Below, piece after piece: positions 38,751 through 51,700 of a DNA stretch of 64,000 bases. The notes under the pieces are model-generated. The model saw nothing but the letters and a program-made list of their open reading frames with translations, was not told the DNA's origin and ran no database searches. The stretch is from Tubiluchus corallicola. Taxonomy: Eukaryota; Animalia; Priapulida. Position 1 is the first letter of the stretch; every line of letters starts with the position of its first letter. Location of the stretch: contig JAQGDQ010001052.1 of NCBI GenBank assembly GCA_030141605.1, positions 1 through 64,000 on the forward strand, written 5' to 3'. The position numbers and the translations under genes are program-made.

Positions 38751-39429
38751 ATTAATGAACAAGCCTGTTAATAAACTGTTTTGTCATGTGATGGCTGTAC
38801 GTTGTCATTGCAATTGTGTATTTTCTGAGATGAGTGCAAGTGTTGCTGCATATTATTATTATCTGAAATTTTTTTCAATATTGGTTCCGTACTAATTGAG
38901 GACGTTTAAGAAACTAGGCAAATTACGGAATTGTAATTTATTTGTTGTAATGCATTTTTACTGTAAATATTATTTATTTGTTTGGTTTATTTAGTGGAAT
39001 TTTGATTAATTATTTTGTTTTTAGAAAAAATGAATTATTATCCGTATCAACTGTGCAATTATTGATCATATGAAAATCGAATTTCATTTAAAGTCAGGTT
39101 TTACATAAACATTAAAAACACTCCTAACAGCTATAAACACTCCACAAAGCTAGTCTACTGAAATAAAAAGTTGGTTAAATCGTAAAAACATCTTACAATT
39201 ATACTTCTAAAATAATTTGGAGCCTAGCAGACATTAAAATGGATACTTAGATAAAATGCTAAAATTAACTGTGTTTCTTTAATCGAGTATAATCAATTGA
39301 GCTAAAGTCACATTTCAGAACAGCTTATATTTTAAATGTACAGTGTAATGAGAAAATGTAAAACATCAATTCAAGCGATATGCAGTACATATACATTCGT
39401 CATCTTTCCACAAGTTTATCATAGGGGTT

Positions 39430-40810
39430 TTTAAACATACCATAGCTAAATGCATTTCGTACATCGTTTGGCAACTTATTTCACAAAACTGCAGCTGAAT
39501 ATCAAAAAAGAATTTAAACGGTATTTAGTAGATTCAACCTGTGGTACATTTTCAATTTTATCATATCGGAAAGACTGTCTTAATTCTATAATTGCTACAA
39601 GGTCACGTAAGTAGCTAGGTCCTTCTTTGTTTAGACTTCTAAATGTTTGTAAGGCTAATGTTCTTATGTGACTTATGCGCAGAGAAGCCATTTTTGATTT
39701 GTTTAGCAGGATTTCAACTTGAGCCATAATTGCTGTATGCCAATGACCTTTTTTGAATTTTTTCAAATTTGCTCGTTACTGCATGACTGCTAAAATGCCA
39801 AACAAATGACAGTAATTAAGGTTTGATGTATATACAGGCTGCATAAGATTATGGATATCCATAAAATAAGACCAAAAATCAATAAAATAAAATTTGAAAA
39901 ATCCATAAAATAAGAAATGCATAAAATAAAAAAACATTTTTTTTGTGATGTTTTGTACAAAATAAGGCAATCAAAACTGAATACAGGCATTGGATCGGAA
40001 ACTTCAGCCTAGAGGGCATTCTACATTCGTACCACATAGATGAATTATTTAAACTGAAGTGATGAATTACAAGGCATTGTCTCGTAAAATTTGATTAAAT
40101 TTGAAGTGATATGAAACCGATAAAATTAAAACGAAACTGATAAAACTAAAACTAAGTCCTGCGTGTTTAAAAACACGTTTCAAGCACTCCTGTTTTTACT
40201 TTTTAATTTATTTCCCCCTGGGCATCTCGTTCCAGATATAGTCTATTTCTTATTTTATTGATATCCATAAAATAAAATTTCAAAAATGCATAAAATAAGC
40301 TATTTTATACATATCCATAACCTTATGCACACTGTGTATATAGTATGAAAGAATGATATATTATTGTAATTCTTCTGCTTAGAGTTAGGCATCTCCCATT
40401 TGTTTTTTGTTTTGATTCTTTTTTTTTGCTAATATGTGAGATGTGGGTATCGAACTTTAATAGATTATCTGCAATGAGTCCCAAGATTTTTATTTGATTT
40501 TACATGTACCAACGTTGAAGTCTAGATTTAGTGCTTTTGGTTCATTTCGAAACAGCAATAGCGTGAACTTTTCTGGATTAACTTTTACGCATTTATCTTC
40601 AAACCATTTGATCTTTTTGTTAGATTATAAGTTTCTAACACAGGTTTAAGGTTTGTGGCAGACTCTGCACTGCATGATAGCAGGTGACAGTCAGCGTAAA
40701 ATATATATTTTTCCATTGCCAGTAAATCTAAAAATATCATTAATAAAGACGTAAAATAATATAGGCCCAAGAATTTACCTTTGTGGGACGCCTTTAGGAC
40801 CTGTTGATAA
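39430..40810 (-). pseudogene. Decayed CR1/L2-type LINE reverse-transcriptase relic
   Basis: Frameshifted remnants GVPQ...ILG, FYAD, KILGL and LLNKSKMASLRISHIRTLALQTFRSLN...PSYLRDL. Confidence 0.55.
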
Positions 40811-41719
40811 TTTTAGCCTGCATTGTTTGTATTATTACCTGTATTAATGAATACTACCACAGCATGTTTAATCCTTATTTTTGTAAACAGTATATTGTCA
40901 CAGTAATCACGAATTCACAAGATATACATTCCAGACTCGAGAGTGAATAAAAAGAAAGCCACATCCACTATGGGACAACAGCACAAAATTTATTCCCTGC
41001 TTTTCAAACGAATTTGTGCTTTGACGTAGCCGTAATTGAATTGCGGTAAAATTATGCTTTATCGTGTTTCAATGTGAGCTGTTTCGACACTATACTACAA
41101 ACAGTAGCATCTACTGTCTATTTATTAGTAACATTTATCCAGTACAGCCTCACTGGTCATCCTGCTCATTGACAATAAAGAATTTCTGTTTCTTTTCGTA
41201 CTGTTCCTTTTCTTTTCTCTCTCATCTTGTGTCACAGTTTGCAAATACTGGTCGTTCGCTGCGATTGGAAATCACATGTGATCGCGAACTTGTTTGAAGA
41301 TTTCCATGTTTTTTTCTACGCGCTGATTTTCACGTTTTTTATAACAAAGCAGTTTTCTAAAGATTTACTTAGCTGTGCTGGAATCTGAAAAGTGAGCGCT
41401 ACGGAATGATTTATACTATTAAATAATTTGATTTTTAAATCATACATATTAATTTCGGTGGTTTCTGGATTTATATATAAGATTCGAGGCTACAGCTCCG
41501 ACGACGGCACCATTTCGGCGATCTATGTAATTATCAAACGAAAGTCTATCTAGTGTCGATATCATCGCAAGAGCGAAAATCTTCGCAGCCGGCAAAAATG
41601 TCGGCTAGCTCGACTCGTATCACTGAGCAGCTGGCGTGACTAAAGTTGGGTCTCTTATCGGCTAGGTCAACCGTAGAAATAAACCTGCTGGCGCGGCTCT
41701 TACTTAGTCTGTGTATAGC

Positions 41720-42103
41720 TAGGGTTACCATATTGTCTGAGTTGAAAAAGAGGACCACGTGTTGAGCATTCGGCTTCCTAGTAAACACGTGTACTTGGCT
41801 TTCATTTCATCTGTAAATGCACACTGTCGTTTCGGCATTGCTACTTTCTAATTAACTTTTACCAGTGCTCAAAACAGTGAAACTGTACAAATTTAAAGAT
41901 ATTCACATAAAAACAAACAAAATGACTCCCGGAAGCTGACGTCATTTTAAATCTTTAGCGAATATGAGCTTTTCTTTGTTTCATACTGTTGTACGCCTCT
42001 GCAGTTGGCAACGTCTGTACATACTTACGGATTGAGGCAAAACCCGGACAAACTGCCTAAAAAGAGGACGTGTCCAGGGAAACCCGGATGTATGGTAACC
42101 CTA
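41720..42103. mobile_element. hAT-type MITE
   Basis: TIR TAGGGTTACCATA / TATGGTAACCCTA and a perfect 8-bp TSD TGTATAGC. Confidence 0.85.
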
Positions 42104-42402
42104 TGTATAGCCAGTCAAATGGGAAGGGTTGGCGAAGAACATACGTTATCGAATTAGTCTATTTATAATTTTTTTGCATGAAGAGCCAATGATCACTGAT
42201 CAAATATAATAATTTTGAATTATATACTGTAAAAGACATTAGGAACAAGTCTTCATGTCTAAATGAGCAAAAACAAAAAAAATGTACTAGCATGCCAAAT
42301 ATGACATAATTTGCATGTGGCTTTAATTTTAGTAATAACTCAATAAACCAAAAAACTAAGAAAAATAAGGAAACATGCATTTTATGAACGTATTAAAATG
42401 AT

Positions 42403-42771
42403 TGTTGTGTTTTGTTTCTCTCGGAAGGCTCGTAGAGAAAACCAGAAAACACTTCATCAAATTAAACTAGTTTATTAAGCGAGAATTCTACAACACAAAA
42501 GTATGAAGGAACACGAAGTGATTACACTAAATGTGAAAATCTGCAAAACGTTTAAGTGTATCCCAAATTACAAGTATACAAGAGAAAGTGTAAGTGGCGT
42601 CCGTGTGAATCTGTGTGCCTCTGTCAGCGACCTGCTTCGCCTTATATAGCGTGCCCCAGAAGCTTCTAGAAGTTTTGTTCCCGAACATTCTACATGGTAA
42701 GACGATCATTCTAACGGAACATTCTACAATGTGCTATGTAATTCTGATAGATGCCAGCGATCTCCACAACA
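42403..42771 (-). mobile_element. Solo LTR
   Basis: Ends TGTTGTG...CACAACA with a perfect 5-bp TSD ATGAT. Minus-strand TATA-like CTATATAAG and AATAAA occur in LTR order. Confidence 0.75.
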
Positions 42772-42954
42772 ATGATGTAAACCAAAAATTTATGTAAAAT
42801 CATAACCAAATATAAATGCAATAAATCATGTTATGAAATACGTAGTATGCAAACTATTGATACAGATGATAACAAAAACAAAACAAAACAAAACAAAACA
42901 TAAATGATTAAATATAGTAATGTAGCGTGGCAGAATAGCACATTAATTATATGA

Positions 42955-43752
42955 CTAGCAAAGGCCCCGCAAAAGATTTTGCGTAAAAATCCACGTATAA
43001 TCAATAACACGCGAACATCCTACACAGTCCTCATGTATAACGCAAAGCCCGTAACATCCTGCCTACTTACCTAACGCAAAACCTGTACTCGTGCCTACTG
43101 TATGTTTAACTAACGCAAAGCAGCTTTTTGCTGAATTAAAGCTATAAGCAATAATGGATGACGTCAGCACAATGGAATTCGTCACAACAGTTTTCTAAGC
43201 GAAAATCGCCGAAAATAGAACAGCTAATTAACTCGTCGGTAATCCTCTCGGTGGACCTGCCCTAAAATATAACCCACATCATCGTGTAGCCCTGTCCTTC
43301 CTCTTTGTAAAGAGCTATATATCTCCTTCCGAGAGTCCCACTGGGCGACGCTAGAACATTTTTCCCGCAGGCTGTTTGGTCAAAATTTCGAAAAAGTCGC
43401 GAGTTGGGTCCGGGAAAACGCCCGTTGCGGGACGCCGTGGCCCTCTCGGGAATTCTAAATATGCCTACTACACCCACCGCTGAACGGGCTATCTATCCAT
43501 ACCCAGCACTACCCTCGGCCCGTTCCCGTTCTCTACATCTCAGCCGTATAACTTTTGCAAAAAACGGCCGAAAAATGGCCATTTTCGGAGGTTTTTCGTC
43601 CCCCGTTCCTCCCGGTGGGCCCGATTCGAAAAATAAACCATCAATGGCACGACACTAGATCGAGACCTTTCGTTTGATATATAGATCGCCGCAAATGGTG
43701 CCCTCGTCCGGGCTGTAGCCTCGAATCTTATATATATATATATATATTAAGA
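42955..43752 (-). mobile_element. Non-autonomous Helitron
   Basis: Minus strand reads A|TC at the 5' end and CTAG|T at the 3' end, with hairpin CGCAAAA-TC-TTTTGCG about 10 nt before CTAG and no TSD. A short inverted 5' fragment of the same element lies at about 41470-41540. Confidence 0.8.
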
Positions 43753-44018
43753 TACCAAGAATATTAATATAATAGTAGATTGATTGAAAAATAAAACAAT
43801 TTTATGCATGTAATGTTTATGTGTAAATTGATTCTGTAACCATATATAAAGTAAACATTTACCTGAAATATAAGTCAACAGAATTTCAAATAAGAAAGGA
43901 ACATTTAATTTTAAAAACGAAAATCTCATCACCATGACAATTGAGACACGTTTGTAAAGGCTGCCGATTTAAGTTAAAATTGATTTAATCTTTTTTAAGG
44001 TTTTTGATTTCGTCTAAT

Positions 44019-45698
44019 ATGAAGGCTCTTCCGTCGTCCACAGTTCAACTTATTGGAAGTGGACAGGTCATCACAACGGTCAGCAGCATTGTGAAGGAAT
44101 TATTGGAAAATTCTTTAGATGCACAAGCAACCACTATTGAAATAAAATTGGTATGAGCACCGGAAAATTTATTAAATTTAGAGATAAATTCAGCTAAACC
44201 TAACTCTTGGACCACTTCACTCATAATAGGTCACATAAGACCTCTGACTTTTCTGCTATGGCATGAGCACAGACATAACTAAATGATTATAATTTAGGTA
44301 CTGTTCTATTCAGGAGAATCTCGGCTATCCATTCTTGCTGTTTGATTTAAACATTTATAAGTGACTTATATTGATAAAATTAAGAAAAACTCGCCATTTT
44401 CAGGCACCTCAACATAGCCTATTGATTAGCTTAGTCTGGTGTACACTTACGTGATTGTACACACTTGATTTATTGATCACCTGCTTGCTACAGCCCAAGA
44501 GAACCTGCTGCTGTATAGAGTTCCAGGCAAAACCAACTGATCAGCAAAACAGAAATTAAGATCGATTCGTCTTTTAACAGGAATTGGACCTTAAAAATAT
44601 AGTGGACTTGAGACCAAAGTTTATCAGAGTGTTGTGTCTGGATAGTTGAAATTTTCTGCATTAGCTGATTTCACACAAATGATACTGTACTTTGTTACAG
44701 TGCAAACACTGCAGTTACTAAAAGCTTTTTTTTTAAATTTTCAACAAAAATCGATTTTTAATTTGTATAAGGTAATCAAATGCATTTCGTACATAATTTT
44801 GCATGAAAATCCGTTGTGTGAGGAATAGAAACCTACAAAAATGATCAAATAAATGATTTGTATCAAGTAATCTTTGCTTTGTGCAAGTGGTTTTTCATGA
44901 AGCCATGCTTTTACAGTCCTGAAGGAATTTTAACGCGAATGCTTGAATTACCCATGGAGATAATTATGCTAGTATTTATTAATTTCGAGCACTAATTTCA
45001 TTTCATTTACTGACAATTGCAAATCTTTATTGTAGGAAAATTTTGGTTTTGATAAAATTGAAGTAAGGGATAATGGAAGAGGAATTAAAGCTTCTGACAG
45101 GGAGTACATGGCACGGAGTAGATACACTTCAAAAATCTCTTCACACTTAGATTTACTACAGCTTCATACGTAAGTAAAACAAACAGCTTATTGGTAATAT
45201 AATAATAATAATTCATTTTGTTATGAGCAGTACATTGCGTTTCATCACTCGTTACAATAAAACACAATTAGTTGTAAATTTAGGAAATTAAAATACTAGT
45301 AAAAATGCTACCTATGCAGGTTAAAAGCGGAAAAGCAAACATTTCAAAAATAGTAATGGATTACCTGCACATTCGAAAATTTCTCAAATAGATTTTTGAT
45401 TCTTTTTTTTATATTATTAACATATTTTTAACTTATTAGTAACGTATTTTTAATGGCAAGAATAGTGATAATTACTAACGAAGAAGCCGTTTCGAAAAAT
45501 GAAGAAAAACACCATTTCAAACCACAACTGTCATTTACCTTCAGGTGGGAAAAAGAAAAAAATCACTTCAAATAAGTGAATACAGATTTTTTTGTGTTTT
45601 TTGTATTAAAATATTGATTTTTTGACAAGTTTATTTAAAGTTGATTATTTACGTAAAACCGTGAACACTGAAAGCTCTTTACTGACTTAACACTTTAA

Positions 45699-45736
<38 letters not shown>

Positions 45737-48700
45737 GTATGAGTTTATTTCGCATAAAAATATATAGCTTATAAAGACAACAGGATGTTAGTAAAGTAAC
45801 GCATCTATAGAAATTCAGCTTTGTAATGTCCACTCATTTCAGTACTGTTGTAATTACATTACAATATGCGATGTTGCAAGTATCTATAACAGGTATCTTA
45901 GGGCGTAATCTTTAAATGAGTTGTTTGCCTTCAGTAGTCTTGTAATTACATTACAATATGCGATGTTGCAAGTATCTATAACAGGTATCTTAAAGCGTAA
46001 TCTTTAAATGAGTTGTTTGCCTTCAGTACTCTTGTAATTACGTTACAATATGCGATGTTGCAAGTATCTATAACAGGTATCTTAGGGCGTAATCTTTAAA
46101 TGAGTTGTTTGCCTTCAGTACTCTTGTAATTACATTACAATATGCGATGTTGCAAGTATCTATAACAGGTATCTTAAAACGTAATCTTTAAATGAGTTGT
46201 TTGCCTTCAGTACTCTTGTAATTACGTTACAATATGCGATGTTGCAAGTATCTATAACAGGTATCTTAAAACGTAATCTTTAAATGAGTTGTTTGCCTTC
46301 AGTACTCTTGTAATTACATTACAATATGCGATGTTGCAAGTATCTATAACAGGTATCTTAAAACGTAATCTTTAAATGAGTTGTTTGCCTTCAGTACTCT
46401 TGTAATTACATTACAATATGCGATGTTGCAAGTATCTATAACAGGTATCTTAAAACGTAATCTTTAAATGAGTTGTTTGCCTTCAGTACTCTTGTAATTA
46501 CATTACAATATGCGATGTTGCAAGTATCTATAACAGGTATCTTAAAACGTAATCTTTAAATGAGTTGTTTGCCTTCAGTACTCTTGTAATTACATTACAA
46601 TATGCGATGTTGCAAGTATCTATAACAGGTATCTTAAAACGTAATCTTTAAATGAGTTGTTTGCCTTCAGTACTCTTGTAATTACATTACAATATGCGAT
46701 GTTGCAAGTATCTATAACAGGTATCTTAAAGCGTAATCTTTAAATGAGTTGTTTGCCTTCAGTACTCTTGTAATTACATTACAATATGCGATGTTGCAAG
46801 TATCTATAACAGGTATCTTAAAACGTAATCTTTAAATGAGTTGTTTGCCTTCAGTACTCTTGTAATTACATTACAATATGCGATCAGTGATACTTGATAT
46901 ACAGCAGCAGTATCAACTGATTCATTCTTGCTAAATTCAAGCCTTGATCTCTATTCCCGCACTGTCACTATGTGCAGTATTTTGTTTGCTTCGTGCTACG
47001 AAACTTTCATATTTTTTTGCAAGGTATGGTTTTCGAGGTGAGGCCTTGTATGCCCTGTGTGTCCTGTCCGATGTTACGATTACCACAAAGACAGCTGACG
47101 ATTCGGTTGGTTTTAGCTACACTCTGGATCACAGTGGCTACATAATTGGCAAAAAACCTTCACACCTGGAGACAGGTAAAATTATCAAATTTTGTATAAT
47201 GCTGTAGTGAAATTGTTTCTAACATGTTAATTTGCTCTTCTTTGACCAGTCCAATTGCGATAAACAGTTTGTGCAAAAGTTTACAATTCTCCACATCATT
47301 TAAATATCCTAACCCCAATCCCAGGGTTCATCCAACTCTAGTTCTAATCCAGTCCAATTGCAATAAACAGTTTGTGAAAAAGTTTACAATTCTCCACATG
47401 ATTTAAATATCCTAACCCCAATCCCAGGGTTCACCCAACTCTAAATCTAATCCAGTCCAATTGCAATAAACAGTTTGTGAAAAAGTTTACAATTCTCTGC
47501 ATGATTTAAATATCCTAACCCCAATCCCAGGGTTCACCCAACTCTAAATCTAATCCGGTCCAATTGCAATAAACAGTTTGTGAAGAAGTTTACAATTCTC
47601 CACATGATTTAAATATCCTAACCCCAATCCCAGGGTTCACCCAACTCTAAATCTAATCCAGTCCAATTGCAATAAACAGTTTGTGAAAAAGTTTACAATT
47701 CTCTGCATGATTTAAATATCCTAACCCCAATCCCAGGGTTCACCCAACTCTAAATCTAATCCGGTCCAATTGCAATAAACAGTTTGTGAAAAAGTTTACA
47801 ATTCTCTACATGATTTAAATATCCTAACCCCAATCCCAGGGTTAACCCAACTCAAGTTCTAGTCCGCTTCACGAACTAAGTTCTTGTGAATGTGATAGGG
47901 TTGAGACAGTTAACCCTTTAACCGACTATTAACTGATGTAACTGTTTTGAAAATCACTAACCGTTTAACCGTTACTTAGCCAAGTTTTCTACGTATCCGT
48001 ATCAATGAAACCTTGTATGTTAATGAACCCTTGTATGTTTTCTCAGTTGGTGTACGCAGTTAGCAATGTCCCGCTTACGTAAAATTCTGCTATTTACAAC
48101 ATTGTTTCAATTAATTCGGTTGCCTAAGAAGCATCTAAATGATAAATTGCAAAAAGTTTTGCACTCGTGTATGTTACGAGGAACCAGTCAACCAATGACA
48201 ATTAATAACGGTCAAACAGTTTAAAAGCCTAATCATCTCAGCTCTGCTGTCGAGAATTGTAAACTTTTGCCATAGTTTCATATCCAGGCCTGTGCATGTA
48301 CGCGTAAAATAATAATTTTTTCTATATAGGCGATCGAGTCTTCACTTGTCAAAAAAGATTTCTGATGTTGCTTCAGCCTGTTGTGAATTCTGTAGACTAA
48401 TTCTCTCCCGCTAAACTGATAAGTAAGCCGTATTCATAAGATCCTGAAATCTGCATTTATCTCCTTTCTAGCTACTCAATTAGCTTAGCTTGGATATTGA
48501 AATTGACTGTCGCAAACTAAACCCTCACTATAATATCAGCTTTTACAACTTAAAATCCAACTCACATATGAATATTTAATTTAATTTATTATAGACTTAA
48601 TGTAAAACTAGTTTCTTTTGATTCATTATCACTTCGCTGTTAGCGGTGTTAAATTTGTAGAACTGCGAGACAAAGGATGTTATGAGGTCACCAAAGATCG

Positions 48701-51700
48701 GTAAACAAACATCGCTAACTAAAGATGCTTTCAGTAGTGTTTGGGCTTTACGGTGACAAAAACAAAGTCATCATTTCTTGCTTAGCATAACAGTTTATTG
48801 TTTGTATACAATCTTCACGTCATGTGCCCCTTAGTCATTTACTTCATATCTGACACTGAGACGCCATTACCCAAAATTATACATTTTATCTGAAACGAGA
48901 TATATGAATTTCTTTAATAAACTAATTCATTTCTTATCAAAAGATCGATTACGATTACGTGAAATTAATGAGAGACTTACAGTAAATAACTAAATAAAAT
49001 TTACATATATCGTTGGCATTAAATCGTGAGTTACACAGAAACACGTCATCACATGAACACATTGAAACTTGAATGACCGAAAATTGACTAAGATGCAAAT
49101 ATTGAAGCCAGATGTCGCCACTTGTAACTGTAAAACACTATATTAAATTTAACAAACAAAAAACCTTGACATGTAGGCTGTACGTCATTCTCGCTCACTC
49201 ATGCCAAAGACGTGAAACGTGACGATCTTTACGACATTGCAAGCGTTCGAAATTCACCAGAAAAAAGTTTGTTATTTAATTTAAAGCCTCTTTTGTTCAA
49301 TAATAACTACGAATTCTTTGTATAATCGTAATAATGTGTTAAAAAAGTTCAGTGTCTGTTGGGTCTATATAGATGTTTAAGCATATATTCTTGGAGAAAG
49401 AGGTGGCAACAGAATCTGTCTCTGTTTTTTACCAGGAACGTGTGTACTGGTCACCAGGTTATTCCACAATCTTCCCGTAAGAAAACAGTTTTGCACAAAC
49501 AAACAGAATTTGTATTTGTTTTTTACCAGGAACATGTGTACTGGTCACCAGGTTATTCCACAATCTTCCCGTAAGAAAACAGTTTTGCACAAACAAACAG
49601 AATTTGTATCTGTTTTTTACCAGGAACGTGTGTACTGGTCACCAGGTTATTCCACAATCTTCCCGTAAGAAAACAGTTTTGCACAAACAAACAGAATTTG
49701 TATCTGTTTTTTACCAGGAACGTGTGTACTGGTCACCAGGTTATTCCACAATCTTCCCGTAAGAAAACAGTTTTGCTCAAACAAACAGAATTTGTATCTG
49801 TTTTTTACCAGGAACGTGTGTACTGGTCACCAGGTTATTCCACAATCTTCCCGTAAGAAAACAGTTTTGCACAAACAAACAGAATTTGTATTTGTTTTTT
49901 TACCAGGAACGTGTGTACTGGTCACCAGGTTATTCCACAATCTTCCCGTAAGAAAACAGTTTTGCACAAACAAACAGAATTTCTGTCTGTTTTTTACCAG
50001 GAACGTGTGTACTGGTCACCAGGTTATTCCACAATCTTCCCGTAAGAAAACAGTTTTGCACAAACAAACAGAATTTGTATCTGTTTTTTACCAGGAACGT
50101 GTGTACTGGTCACCAGGTTATTCCACAATCTTCCCGTAAGAAAACAGTTTTGCTCAAACAAACAGAATTTGTATCTGTTTTTTACCAGGAACGTGTGTAC
50201 TGGTCACCAGGTTATTCCACAATCTTCCCGTAAGAAAACAGTTTTGCACAAACAAACAGAATTTGTATTTGTTTTTTTACCAGGAACGTGTGTACTGGTC
50301 ACCAGGTTATTCCACAATCTTCCCGTAAGAAAACAGTTTTGCACAAACAAACAGAATTTCTGTCTGTTTTTTACCAGGAACGTGTGTACTGGTCACCAGG
50401 TTATTCCACAATCTTCCCGTAAGAAAACAGTTTTGCACAAACAAGAAGAAACGAAGCACAGAATTGAACAAGGTCATAGAGCTTCTTCGTGCTTACGGTC
50501 TGGTTTACCCGCGAGTTCGTTTAATTCTGAGACACGACAGGGACGTTGTTTGGCAAAAAGATGTTTTTCACGACACGCGATCGTCACTATCGTCGTTGCT
50601 TGGTGTTGACCTGGCAAATAGTTTAGAGCATGTCAAACTGTGCAGAGATCAGGTTTGTAATATTTGATCTCATTGAGGTAAGATTTGAGTTTGGCTTGTC
50701 GTCAGGTAAGGAAGTACAATAGGTGACATTTATTAGACTCACGGTTAATTGACTCAATCGCTTAATTGACTCAAAAACATCTAGTACGGGCCGCTTCTGT
50801 TCAAATGTACATAAAAACTGTTGGTAATTGACTCAATATTTTTACTTCATATACTTAAAATAAGATACTTGTGTGTGCCCAAAGAGCTTTTATTGCTTGC
50901 ATATCATCTTTATATTGATTTTATGTATTAAATATTGACTATAATATACATATAAACAGTCATGTTAAGTACAGCTTTGTTTGTAAGCAGATACAATACG
51001 TTTATCACATGCACTAATATGTTAGCTTAGCGGGTTTGCTTTGAATCTGTCACCCGCTTGTCCACTGCAATTAACCTCGTTGTTTCTGGAAGCTAAACAT
51101 TTAATCACTTGACCAGCGGTTTGCTTTGAATCTGTCACCCGCTTGTCCACTGCAGTTAACCTCGTTGTTTCTGGAAGCTAAACATTTAATCACTTGACTA
51201 GCGGTTTGCTTTGAATCTGTCACCCGCTTGTCCACTGCAGTTAACCTCATTATTTCTGGAAGCTAAACATTTAATCACTTGACCAGCGGTTTGCTTTGAA
51301 TCTGTCATCCGCTTGTCCACTGCAGTTAACCTCGTTGTTTCTGAAAGCTAAACATTTAATCGCTTGACCAGCGGTTTGCTTTGAGTCTGTCACCCGCTAG
51401 TCCACTGCAGTTAACCTCATTGTTTCTGGAAGCTAAACATTTAATCACTTGACCAGCGGTTTGCTTTGAATCTGCTACCCGCTTGTCCACTGCAGTTAAC
51501 CTCGTTGTTTCTGGAAGCTGAACATTTAATCACTTGACCGGCGGTTTTGCTTTGAATCTGTCACCCGCTTGTCCACTGCAGTTAACCTCATTGTTTCTGG
51601 AAGCTAAACGTTTATTCACTTGACCAGTGGTTTGCCTTGAATCTGTCACCCGCTTGTCCACTGCAGTTAACCTCATTGTTTCTGGAAGCTAAACGTTTAT

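Noticed and set aside
49359-50609. Repeat-spanning ORFs as an N-terminally extended PMS1 exon
   Set aside because: The 94/95-bp units shift frame; the upstream acceptors checked do not read in frame into the true exon without a stop or frameshift.
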